Shown: positions 12,100 through 21,396, counted from the first letter of the stretch. The stretch: 64,000 nucleotides of DNA from an uncultured Verrucomicrobiae bacterium (GCA_963812605.1 CAWEWF010000005.1:320001-384000), one strand, 5' to 3'. Made by a program: numbers and translations. The notes: a model not told the origin generated them from the letters alone.

Positions 12100-12973
12100 C
12101 CACTCTTCCTCCCGAAATCATCCGCAACCTCGTCGTTGCAGCGCTGGCTGAGGACATTGGCGCTGGCGATATCACAACCGAAGCGGCGATCCCCGCCGAG
12201 CAGCGCGCGGAAGCTTGTATCGTCGCAAAGGAACCCTGCGTTGTGGCCGGCTTGCCGCTGGTCGAGGCCGTATTCACGCAGATCGATCGGGCTGTTGCGG
12301 TGAAGTTGTTGGTGGAAGAGGGCGATGCCGTGGAAATGGGGACGCGTGTGTGTGAACTCAGGGGCCCGGCGCGCGGGATTTTGACCGGCGAGCGGACGGC
12401 GCTCAACTTCTTGCAGCGGCTTTCGGGAATCGCGACGCTGACGCACCAGTTTGTTGCCAAGGTGGCACAAGCCCCCGTACGCGTGAAACCGAAGATTTTG
12501 GACACGCGCAAGACCACGCCTACGCTCCGCATCCTGGAGAAATACGCTGTCGCCATCGGCGGAGGCACCAACCATCGCATGGGACTTTTCGATGCGGTGA
12601 TGATTAAAGATAATCATCGCGTTGTGCTGGCGCGCCTTTGGTTCGAAGGCCCTCGGCGATGCCGCTGCTTTGGCACGCAAAAAACATCCGAACGCGCCAA
12701 TCATCATCGAAGCCGACAATCTGGAGCAGGTTGAAGAAGCCCTAGCCGCCGGCGCCAATCATATTCTGCTCGACAACATGACGCCCGACGAATTGCGAGA
12801 AGCCGTGACGGTCGTTGCCGGTCGCGCGAGAACAGAAGCCAGCGGGGGCGTCCGACTCGATACCGTCATCGCCATCGCCACACGGTGTCGACTACATTTC
12901 CGTCGGCGCGCTCACACACTCGGCGCGGGCGGTGGATTTTACGTTGGAGTTACTCGAAGACCGTGGTGCTTAG
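12096..12973 (+). CDS. nadC: Nicotinate-nucleotide pyrophosphorylase (carboxylating); frameshifted
   Basis: [72 protein letters not shown]. Confidence 0.95.
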
Positions 12974-13004
12974 GTAAACAAACTAATTGGGGAGGCAAGC
13001 ATCA

Positions 13005-13470
13005 ATGAAAACAGTTTTTGGGATGGCAAAATCATTCTTGGATCTTGGAGGTTGCCGTCACGCAAAGGCTGAGTTGGATCTCTTCAAGATCGCTTATGCA
13101 CTGGAGTTTCTTAAGGGGCGAGGCCAAGAAGGCATTGGTTACATGTTGGTCATGACACCGAGTATCAAAAAGACGGTTAGAGGATGCCGATCAGGGAATT
13201 GGCGCTCTCCGGGGTAATCAGGGTGGTAGTTCCTGAGGTGACTGACGCAGAACGAATTACCCTTTCCGATGAGAAAGTAAAAAACAAGCGAGGCATGATG
13301 AAGGGCAGCGCTGGAGAAAACACAGACGCTGATTCATGGGCGACTCAAGGAAGAACACTAGGAGAGCGCTATTTGTTCGAGACAATTGGACGGGAACACG
13401 CGAACATTCGGCCCATCACTTCAAACGTGCAGATTGAAAATCAATTGGGATTACTGTGGGGTAATCGATT
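13005..13470 (+). CDS. AT-rich hypothetical protein (about 150 aa) between nadC and birA; frameshifted
   Basis: GGAGG RBS then MKTVFGMAKSFLDLGG..., continuing in the 13184 frame up to about QLGLLWG; composition differs from flanks. Confidence 0.55.
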
Positions 13471-13471
13471 A

Positions 13472-14448
13472 ATGAAGGCGGGTACTGCAATTCTTCGAGA
13501 CGTTTTACCAGGCAGCGGGGCGGTTTACCGGGTGGATGACCTGGGGCGGCGCTTGAAATTTCCGGCGACGGCAGTGAATGCGGAGATCGCGGAGTTGGAG
13601 AAGGTCGGCTACACGATCGAGTCGCATCCGCATTTTGGGTATCGCTTGCTGGGCACTCCCGACCGCTTGACCGCGGACGACATTAAGGCGCAATTAAAGA
13701 CTTCGCTGATTGGATCGGAGATCCTGGTTTTCCAGGAGACGGCGTCGACGAACGAAGTGGTCGAGCACCTGGCAAAATCCGGGGCGCGGGAAGGGTTTGG
13801 TGGTGTTTGCGGAATCGCAGACGCGCGGACGCGGCAGGCGCGGGCGTGCGTGGGCCTCGCCGCATGGGAAGGGACTCTGGTTTTCGGTTTTGTTGCGACC
13901 AACGTTGCCGACAAGCGCGGCCAGTCGCATCACGGTGGCCGCGAGCGTGGCCGTGGCGCGGGCAATCCACCAGAATTGCGGCGTGGATGCGCGCATCAAG
14001 TGGCCGAATGACGTGATGGTGAACGGCAAAAAGCTGGCGGGCGTTTTGACGGAACTGCGGGCGGAGGCCGACGAGATTCTGCTCGGCGACCCTTGGCATC
14101 GGGATCAATGTGAATTCCCGGCGGGAGATTTTTCCGGGCGAGTTGGCGGGTATTGCCACGTCCTGAATGGAAACCGGGATGGCGCAGGATCGACTTGCGC
14201 TGGCGGCGCAGGTGTTGATTGCGTTGGACGAGTGCTACGAGGCGGCGCTCACGAATTTTGAAGCGGTGGTGGATGAGTGGGCGAAACTTTGCACGACACT
14301 CGGTCGGCAGATCGTGGTGACGATGGGGCAACATCGCATCGAGGGGTTCGCGCAGGCGCTGGACAGTGATGGGGCATTGCTGTTACGGCGCGATAGCGGG
14401 CAAATCGAGAGAATTTTGGGCGGCGACGTGGTGGTGGAGCGCGCATGA
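13472..14448 (+). CDS. birA: Bifunctional biotin ligase/repressor (HTH + BPL); frameshifted
   Basis: N-terminal HTH ending GYRL; STN, AESQTRGRGRRGRAWASP, KWPND, KKLAGVL, GALLL..GDV. Confidence 0.93.
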
Positions 14449-15167
14449 AGAAGGAACGTCCATTCCTGTTGGTGAACATCAACAATACCAACACCAGTTT
14501 TGCGCTCGCGAATGCCAAGCGCATTTTGCGGGTGGTCAAAGTGCCCACGGCGTCCGTCCATAAGATTCCTTTTACCGGTGCGAACATCAAGGGGATGATC
14601 TTGGCGTCGGTCGTCCCGAAGATGACGAAGCGCATCCAGCACTTGTTGCCGATGCGGCCAATTATTGTCAGCACGGCATTGACCTGGGGGTCGGCGTTCG
14701 CTATCCGAACAAGAACAGATTGGGTCGACCGGTTGGCGAATGCGGTGGGCGTCGCGAAACTCTACGGGACGCCGGCCATCGTGGTGGATTTCGGCACGGC
14801 GGTCACTTTCGATATCGTGAATTCTTCCCGCGATACGCCGCGGGGTGATCGCGCCGGGGTTGGCGTGGTGACCGTATCTTTACCAACGCACGGCGCTGTT
14901 GCCGCGCATCAAGCTGGCCGAACCGGACTCGGTGATCGGCAAGAGCACGGTCGCGGCCATGCGGGTGGGCGCGGTGATTGGGTATGCGGTGGTGAAGGAA
15001 ATCCTGAGCGCCCTGAAGCACGGCGCGCATGGAGAAAGCGGTGATCGTGGCGACGGGCAGCGATGGCGGACTCTATTGCGAAGAAGATCCGTGAAATCGA
15101 ACACATAAATCCGTTGTTGACCCTCGAAGGCCTGCGGTTTATCTACCTGCGCAACCGCGCCGCGTAA
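14445..15167 (+). CDS. coaX: Type III pantothenate kinase; several frameshifts
   Basis: NINNTNT, ASVVP, DRLANA, VVDFGTAVTFD, LPRI..IGKSTVAAM, NPLLTLEGL; follows birA as usual. Confidence 0.9.
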
Positions 15168-15189
15168 GATCACGCAGGCGCTGAAAATA

Positions 15190-15998
15190 ATGAATCGAAT
15201 TGATATCAAGTTTCGCGCGTTGCGCGCCGCCCGCCAAAAAGGTTTCATCGCTTACATTTGCGCGGGCGATCCGAACCTGCGGGCGACGGCGGCGCTGGCG
15301 CGGGGGTTCGAGCGCATGGGCGTGGACGTGCTGGAGTTCGGCGTCCCGTTCAGCGATCCGCTGGCTGACGGGGTCGTGAACCAGTTAGCCGCCGAGCGAG
15401 CGTTGCGCAGTGGCACGACGCTGCACGGCGTATTAAAGATGGTGGGCGCGTTGCGGCGCGGTGGCTATAAGGTCCCGATTGTGTTCTACGTTTACTACAA
15501 CGTGGTGCACCATTACGGGCTGAAGAATTTTGTTCGCGATGCCGTGGCAGCCGGAGTGGACGGCGTGCTGGCGCTGGACTTGCCGCCGGAAGAGGCGGGG
15601 AACGTATGAAGCGGCGATGAAGGGCGCGGGATTGCATCCGAGATATCTGGTGGCACCGACGACGCCTCCGCACGTATCGGCAAGATTAGCCGGGATGCCA
15701 GCGGTTTCATTTATTACGTGTCGCGCGAGGGCGTGACGGGATGCAGAAGAAACTCGCGCCAACCGCGACGAAGCATGTCGCAATCATTCGCAAACACTCG
15801 AAGTTGCCGGTTGCCATTGGGTTTGGAATTTCGAATCCGGCGCAGGCGCGCGTGGCGGTGCAGGCGGCGGACGCGGTGGTGGTGGGCAGCGCGATTGTGA
15901 ACCAGATCGCGAAACATGGAACGGATCGGCAACTGGCGGCCAAAGTGGCCCGTTTTGTCGGCGCGATGGTACGCGCGGTAAAGAAAGAGGGAAAGTGA
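15190..15998 (+). CDS. trpA: Tryptophan synthase alpha chain; frameshifted
   Basis: YICAGDP, EFGVPFSDPLADG, DLPPEE, LVAPTT, SREGVTG, GFGIS, VVVGSAIV. Confidence 0.95.
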
Positions 15999-15999
15999 C

Positions 16000-17071
16000 A
16001 TGAATTGGGCAGTCGTCATGGCGGGTGGGTACGGCGAACGGTTCTGGCCGCGGAGTCGGCGCAAGCAACCGAAGCAATTGCTGCCGATTGTCGGCGACAA
16101 GACGATGATCCAGCAGACGGTGGAACGCGTGCGGCCGTTGGTGAGCGATGCGCGGATCGTGGTCGTGACCAACCAGGAGCAGGCGCCGCTCGTGCGCAAA
16201 CAGCTTCCGCGCGTGAAGCACATCATTGCCGAGCCCATGGGACGCAATACCGCGCCGGCTATTGGAGTGGCGACGGCGGTGATTGGCAAGCAGGACCCGA
16301 CGCGGTCATGGCGGTCTTGCCGGCGGACTCGTACATTCCCGATATCGAAGGCTATCGACGGGTCGTTGGCGATGCCTTGAAACTGGCGGCGGCGCAGGAG
16401 GTTCTCGTGACCATTGGGATCAAGCCGAGTGGGCCGCACACGGGATATGGGATATCCAGGTCGGCGAGGAACTCTCCAACAAATCGGCGACGAAATTTTG
16501 GAGGGCGCGGCGCTTTGTCGAAAAGCCGGACCGCAAGACGGCTGAGGAGTTCGTGGCGAGCGGCGATTATCGTTGGAACGCGGGGATGTTCGTCTGGTCG
16601 TTTCGCGCGGTGGCGGAAGCCTTTCGAAAGTTTCAGCCCGCGCTCTGGGACGCTTGCGGGCGGATCCAGAAGGCCGCTGGCACGAAGTCGTTTGCGCGGG
16701 CCCTGGCGCGGGAATATCCCAAGATGGAAAAGATTGCGGTCGATTACGCGATCATGGAGAAGGCGAACAACGTGGTTGTCGCCAACGGCGATTTTGACTG
16801 GGACGATGTCGGCGACTGGCAGGCCATCGGGCGGCATTTCGAGAAGGATGGGGGCGGCAACGTTGCGGTGGGTGAATTTGTGGGATTGGATTCCACTAAT
16901 TGCATCGTGCTGAGTGACAAGAAGCATCTGGTGGCAACGGTCGGCGTGCGGGACCTCGTGATCGTCCACACCGACGATGCGACGCTGATTTGTCATCGCG
17001 ACCAGGCGCAGAAAGTGCGCGAGGTGGTGAAGAAATTGGCGGCGGAGAAGAAGTATAAGAGACTGTTGTAG
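16000..17071 (+). CDS. manC: Mannose-1-phosphate guanylyltransferase; frameshifted
   Basis: MAGGYGERFWPRSR..PKQ, EPMGRNTAPAI, FVEKP, WNAGMF, DYAIMEK, WDDVGDW. Confidence 0.92.
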
Positions 17072-17133
17072 GGCAGGCGCTCCGCCTGCGTTGTTTACTT
17101 TGCATTCATGGCAAGCGGAGCGCTTGCCCTACA
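17067..17133. repeat. GTAG-type REP pair (REPIN-like)
   Basis: TGTAGGGCAGGCGCTCCGCCTGC ... GCAAGCGGAGCGCTTGCCCTACA inverted pair. Confidence 0.8.
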
Positions 17134-17144
17134 AAATCAATATT

Positions 17145-17669
17145 ATGCGTGTTCTCGGCGTTGATTTCGGTCACAAGCGTATCGGGCTGGCGCTCAGCGA
17201 TGAGACCGGCACGGTCGCGTCGCCGCTGACGTACATCGACGGCGGCGGGATCGCCGCGGTTAGCCGTGAGATTGCGCGGATCTCCACGGAGCGCCAAGTA
17301 GGAAAAATCGTCGTGGGCGTTCCCTTGCGATTGGATGGAACGCGGAGCGAGCAGACGGAGCGCACGCTGGCGTTTATCGCGGAGTTGGAGCGAACGACGA
17401 CGATCCCCGTGGTGAAATGGGACGAGCGGCTGACGAGCGTGCAGGCCAACCGCGCGTTACTTGAAGGAAACGTGCGGCGCAGCGACCGCAAGGAGAAGAT
17501 CGACAAGCTCGCCGCGCAAATCATGTTGCAGAGTTATCTCGATGCGACAAACCCGCCTCCAACCGAAGGTATACTTCATATCGCAGATGGTGGGACAGGC
17601 CTCGGCCTGTCAAAATCTGTCCCCACAGGCAGGGACGCCTGTCCACCGGGGGCCGATGAGAACCTTTAG
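17145..17669 (+). CDS. ruvX: Holliday junction resolvase-like / pre-16S rRNA nuclease YqgF
   Basis: LGVDFGHKRIGLALSD, VGVP, WDERLTS, IDKLAAQIMLQSYLD; C-terminal tail runs through a REP pair. Confidence 0.93.
   Translation: MRVLGVDFGHKRIGLALSDETGTVASPLTYIDGGGIAAVSREIARISTERQVGKIVVGVPLRLDGTRSEQTERTLAFIAELERTTTIPVVKWDERLTSVQANRALLEGNVRRSDRKEKIDKLAAQIMLQSYLDATNPPPTEGILHIADGGTGLGLSKSVPTGRDACPPGADENL
17589..17646. repeat. REP-like inverted pair inside the ruvX tail
   Basis: GTGGGACAGGCCTCGGCCTGTC ... CACAGGCAGGGACGCCTGTCCAC. Confidence 0.7.
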
Positions 17670-18402
17670 GCACTTCAAGCTGACCATCACTTACGATGGG
17701 ACGCAGTATGCCGGCTGGCAGTTGCAGCCGAACGGCAAGACGATCCAGGAAGTCGTGGAACTTGCGCTCGCGAAGATTGGCGGGCGCGAGGTGCGGGTGC
17801 ACGGCTCGGGCCGCACGGATGCCGGGGTGCATGCGCGGGGACAGGTGGCGAGCTGTTCGTTGCGAACGCAACTCAAGTCGCCGACGCTGTTGCGGGCGTT
17901 GAATGCGAATCTGCCCGAGAATATTCGCGTGGTGCGGGGGCAGGAGACCGACACGAAATTCCACGCGCGTTTCTCCGCGAGGGGAAAGGAGTATCGTTAC
18001 CAGATCGATTGTGGCGCGGTCGCCGATCCGTTTCTTCGCTTCTATGCGTGGCATCATCCACGACCATTGAACGTCGCGACGATGCGACAGGCCGCGAGAT
18101 TGCTGAAGGGGCGGCATGATTTCTCGGCGTTGTCGGCCAATCCGATGCGTCCCGTGGAAACCACTGTGCGGACGATTGAGAAGTTGTCGGTGACGAAGCA
18201 GGGGAATGTCGTGACGGTGGCGGTGGTTGCGGACGGGTTTCTTTACAAGATGGTACGTTCGATTGTCGGGGCGCTCGTGAAGGTGGGCGAGGGCCGGATG
18301 ACGGTCGAGGAGTTGGGGAGCTTGGTGAAAGTGAAGAAGCGGACGGCGCAGGTGGAAACGGCGCCGGCGCACGGATTGTTTCTCTGGCGGGTGTTTTACT
18401 GA
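17656..18402 (+). CDS. truA: tRNA pseudouridine(38-40) synthase
   Basis: YDGT.YAGWQ, GSGRTDAGVHA, FHARFSA, GFLYKMVR, TAPAHGL. Confidence 0.97.
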   Translation: MRTFRHFKLTITYDGTQYAGWQLQPNGKTIQEVVELALAKIGGREVRVHGSGRTDAGVHARGQVASCSLRTQLKSPTLLRALNANLPENIRVVRGQETDTKFHARFSARGKEYRYQIDCGAVADPFLRFYAWHHPRPLNVATMRQAARLLKGRHDFSALSANPMRPVETTVRTIEKLSVTKQGNVVTVAVVADGFLYKMVRSIVGALVKVGEGRMTVEELGSLVKVKKRTAQVETAPAHGLFLWRVFY

Positions 18403-18980
18403 TGAACGTGGTCCTCGTTGAACCGGAAATTCCGCCGAATACGGGAAACGTGGCGCGGTTGTGCGCCGCGACACAGGCGACATTGCATCTGGTCGGGCCG
18501 TTGGGGTTTCGCTTGGACGACAAGACGCTGAAGCGCGCGGGGATGGATTATTGGGAGCAGGTGACGTGGAAATGCTGGGAGTCGCTCGAATCGCTGCAGG
18601 CTGGGATTGAGAAAGCGGAAAGCGGAGAGCCAGCGAAAGGAGAAAGCGGAGAGCGGAAAGTGAGGAAGGCGGAAGGGCGACCGACGTTCTACTATGTCAC
18701 CACGAAGTCGAAGCGGCCTTACACGCAGCCCCGCTACCGCGGGGACGATTACCTGGTGTTCGGACGAGAGACAGCAGGTTTGCCAAAGGCGTTGCTGGAT
18801 GCGAATCCGGAGACGACAATCACGATCCCAATGTTCAACCCGCAAGCCCGCAGTTTGAATTTGGCGACGGCGGTCGCGGTGGTGCTGTATCACGCGATCT
18901 GGCAAACAACCAATAATTTCGAGGGTTGGCAGGGAGGGATTCGCCCGATAGGTTCCTCACCAAAGGAGCCTGTTATATGA
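18402..18980 (+). CDS. trmL: tRNA (cytidine/uridine-34 2'-O)-methyltransferase, SPOUT family
   Basis: EPEIPPNTGN, LKRAGMDYW, FGRET.GL, IPM...RSLNLA. Confidence 0.93.
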   Translation: MNVVLVEPEIPPNTGNVARLCAATQATLHLVGPLGFRLDDKTLKRAGMDYWEQVTWKCWESLESLQAGIEKAESGEPAKGESGERKVRKAEGRPTFYYVTTKSKRPYTQPRYRGDDYLVFGRETAGLPKALLDANPETTITIPMFNPQARSLNLATAVAVVLYHAIWQTTNNFEGWQGGIRPIGSSPKEPVI

Positions 18981-19153
18981 AGACTTGGAACAGTTCAAAG
19001 AAGCAGAGCAAGGTGCAGAAGGGGATCGTCGGGACGGTGATCCTCGTGATCCTGGCGGGCGCGGTGGTTGCCCGGTCCCTTCGGGATTCTGATTGCAGTG
19101 ATCCTGTTTGGAATCTACGCGATCAACAAGTCCGCGCAGAAGCGGCACGATGA
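18977..19153 (+). CDS. Small single-pass membrane protein (58 aa)
   Basis: AAGGAG RBS 8 nt upstream; MKTWNSSKKQSKVQK-GIVGTVILVILAGAVVA hydrophobic helix. Confidence 0.5.
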   Translation: MKTWNSSKKQSKVQKGIVGTVILVILAGAVVARSLRDSDCSDPVWNLRDQQVRAEAAR

Positions 19154-19262
19154 GCGGGTGCTATCGGAGAACCTCGGCAAGGTCCGGGTTGTCAAGACGG
19201 ATGACCGGGACGGGATGCCCAACAGCCTCTAGTCAGCCCGGCCCAAAGTCCCAGGCGAGTGA

Positions 19263-19325
19263 TTACCGGACCCGCTTCACCAGTTCCTTGAGGTTTGCGG
19301 CGCAGTCTTCGATGTCCAGTCCCTG
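19263..19325 (-). pseudogene. Truncated paralog of the 50-aa ORF at 20649-20801
   Basis: GLDIEDCAANLKELVKRVR* versus LLGIEDAATNLKELAKRLK*; similarity ends at the 26-bp repeat. Confidence 0.6.
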
Positions 19326-19356
19326 GCCCGATAGGTTCCTCACCAAAGGAGTCCTG

Positions 19357-20559
19357 TCATTTCGCGCTTTCAAGATCGAGCAGGCAATGAGGTACATCAT
19401 CAAGAGCCAGCATATTCACATTCCCCATAACTGCGACTGGGTATTCCCCATCCTTTTGTGGCTCAATCCACACGAGCCAAAAGTAGTGTTCCGTATGCTC
19501 AATCACCCTACTACCGACGGTGAGCAATGCGTATTTTTTGCCTTTGGACACCTTGAAGGAAAACTGCCCGTCAGCATCAGTCGTGGTTGTGTGCAGTGGC
19601 GACCCAAGTTGTGAAAAAAAGTATGGCAAGTCCGTTTCTGGCTTCAAGCCATCCAAAATCGACTTGGTAACCTTTTCCAGTTGTTTAACCCTCTCGGTAT
19701 CAGCATCGTTGCGTGAAGTGAGGGCTGAAATTTCGTTTTCCGCCACAGTCAATTCAGTTTGTATTGGTTTGTCGGCATCTGCGTTCCGGGTCATCTCTAT
19801 GGCGACAGCGACATCTCGGTTGCTGGTAAACAGTTTTTCCTCCAAATCACGCGTGGCGGTCAGTTTTGCCAATTTGGCTGAGTAAATCCCAAGAATACCC
19901 CCGTCATCAAAACGATATGCGGAAGGTTGCGCAACAGTTGTCGTGGTCGTCCCACCAAGGGCACGATAAGTTCCAGAATGGCGCCAACTTTCACCGCTGA
20001 GTTGCTGTTGCGACGCGGCATTAGATTGAACCTGTTGCTGATGTAACTTTTCCTGGGCTGAATTCATTTCCGAAACCTGTTCCTCGGCTTGGGCGACCTG
20101 TTGTGCCTTCCGATCCTCCAGGTTTCTCGCGTTCTCCTCGTACCACTTGTCCCACTTGGCAATAGAGTCATCATTGGACTTGTTAATGGCATCAAGGCGC
20201 TGATTCAGCCCGTCCTCGTTGATTTTCAACTTCAACTTGTCCGCATCTACCAAGTTGTGGTCCGCGGCAATCATAACAGTGGTTTCAGTGATATTCTTCT
20301 GAAGACCGTCAATGCTTCGATGAATCTCGGCAAGATGTGGCTGGGCTGAAATTCCTTTCTGCTCCATTTGCGCCAAATAGGTCACAATATTTGTCTGAAA
20401 ATGAATGATCGTTTGCTCGTCATAGATTGAAATGGGGAGACCGGCCAAGCGAACCGACTGCCCGGAATTTACCACGACAAACACCTGCCCTTTCACAACC
20501 CGCCTTGAACAGCCGGTAAGGCAGACTAAGGCCAGCAACAATGAGATTGCGTCATTCAT
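19357..20559 (-). CDS. AT-rich lipoprotein with a long coiled coil and a split beta-sandwich-like domain
   Basis: Lipobox LTG-C; KGQVFVV...LAGLPISIY at the N-terminus; TTTDADGQFSF...YFWLV at the C-terminus; helical Q/E/K-rich middle. Confidence 0.75.
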   Translation of the reverse strand: MNDAISLLLALVCLTGCSRRVVKGQVFVVVNSGQSVRLAGLPISIYDEQTIIHFQTNIVTYLAQMEQKGISAQPHLAEIHRSIDGLQKNITETTVMIAADHNLVDADKLKLKINEDGLNQRLDAINKSNDDSIAKWDKWYEENARNLEDRKAQQVAQAEEQVSEMNSAQEKLHQQQVQSNAASQQQLSGESWRHSGTYRALGGTTTTTVAQPSAYRFDDGGILGIYSAKLAKLTATRDLEEKLFTSNRDVAVAIEMTRNADADKPIQTELTVAENEISALTSRNDADTERVKQLEKVTKSILDGLKPETDLPYFFSQLGSPLHTTTTDADGQFSFKVSKGKKYALLTVGSRVIEHTEHYFWLVWIEPQKDGEYPVAVMGNVNMLALDDVPHCLLDLESAK

Positions 20560-20648
20560 TGCCCGATTCGGATAGTGTCAGACCGACGAGCAAAGTCGTC
20601 CATGCGCTCAGGCTACGCACAGGGATAGCCACAGTCAAACCGATTCCA

Positions 20649-20801
20649 CTACTTCAAACGCTTCGCCAGTTCCTTGAGGTTGGTTGCCGCGTCTTCGATG
20701 CCCAGGAGGTCCACGGCATCGACTTCCGCCTCGGCGGCTTCCAGCAGGGATTTGTCCATCTCCACGTTTACCACATCCAAGTATTTCCTGATCGTGGTCA
20801 T
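20649..20801 (-). CDS. Small acidic helical protein (50 aa), below the ORF-track cutoff
   Basis: Manual translation MTTIRKYLDVVNVEMDKSLLEAAEAEVDAVDLLGIEDAATNLKELAKRLK*; GC3-rich codons; paralogous fragment nearby. Confidence 0.6.
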   Translation of the reverse strand: MTTIRKYLDVVNVEMDKSLLEAAEAEVDAVDLLGIEDAATNLKELAKRLK

Positions 20802-21018
20802 GGTCGGCTGGGGGCGTGAATATTAGCGCAGATTCTTTTGCGGGGCGATAAGGAAAACCGGGGCGGGGTAGACGGGGAGGGGAACAACGGCAAGCGGGCC
20901 GCTTGCCCTACAATTAACTTGGGAACGGGAGGGGCAACGAGGCCGGACGCCTGTTCAACTGGGAAGATCTGCGCTTCACAGAAACGCAGCTACACCAACA
21001 AGGGCGACAGGCGACGGC

Positions 21019-21088
21019 TTATCGTAAAACGATAATTTTGCTGGACGTGGTGGTGGGGGAGGGGTATAGTCGGTGCGATTCTTTGACA
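21019..21088 (+). promoter_or_regulatory. Element copy 2: palindrome + sigma70-like promoter + boxA-like motif
   Basis: TTATCGT-AAA-ACGATAA 21019-35; TGGACG 21042-47, 17 bp, TATAGT 21065-70; GATTCTTTGACA 21077-88. Confidence 0.75.
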
Positions 21089-21200
21089 CGGGGAAAGCGG
21101 CAAATACCCTCACCTCAATCCTTTGCTCCGAACTCCGAGTCGGAGTTCGTGGCGTCTCGCTGCTCGGCTCCCCCAAGGGGAGAGGAGGCGGCGCAAAACA

Positions 21201-21312
21201 TGTGTTTCTGCGAAACGAACCCGTTTTGGATCGGTGCTGTTTTGGGTGGAAGTAAAAGGGCGATAGGCAGTTAGGAGGTCACAGCTTGTTTTTGCAAACG
21301 GGTTCGTTTTTT
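21201..21312 (+). repeat. Element copy 2: 97-bp inverted-repeat-bounded module
   Basis: TGTGTTTCTGCG-AAACGAACCCGTTT (arm 21213-26) ... AAACGGGTTCGTTT (21296-309). Confidence 0.85.
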
Positions 21313-21396
21313 GGACTTCAGCCTCGGCGCGACCGGCGGTCACGCCCTACCTCGGAAGACGCCGCGTCGGGGACGCGGCCTATAACTGGTTCTATC

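Larger units (their letters stand above)
18943..19351 (+). repeat. 26-bp exact direct repeat (18943-18968 and 19326-19351)
   Basis: GCCCGATAGGTTCCTCACCAAAGGAG occurs twice. Confidence 0.9.

Noticed and set aside
10863-12734. Apparent UvrB-NadC fusion ORF (623 aa)
   Set aside because: The UvrB C-terminal UVR motif lies in another frame; the join comes from a frameshift, and nadC has its own ATG at 12096.
13184-14011. Apparent fusion of an unknown domain to the BirA HTH
   Set aside because: Composition switches at 13472 where a normal BirA start occurs, and the region is frameshift-prone.
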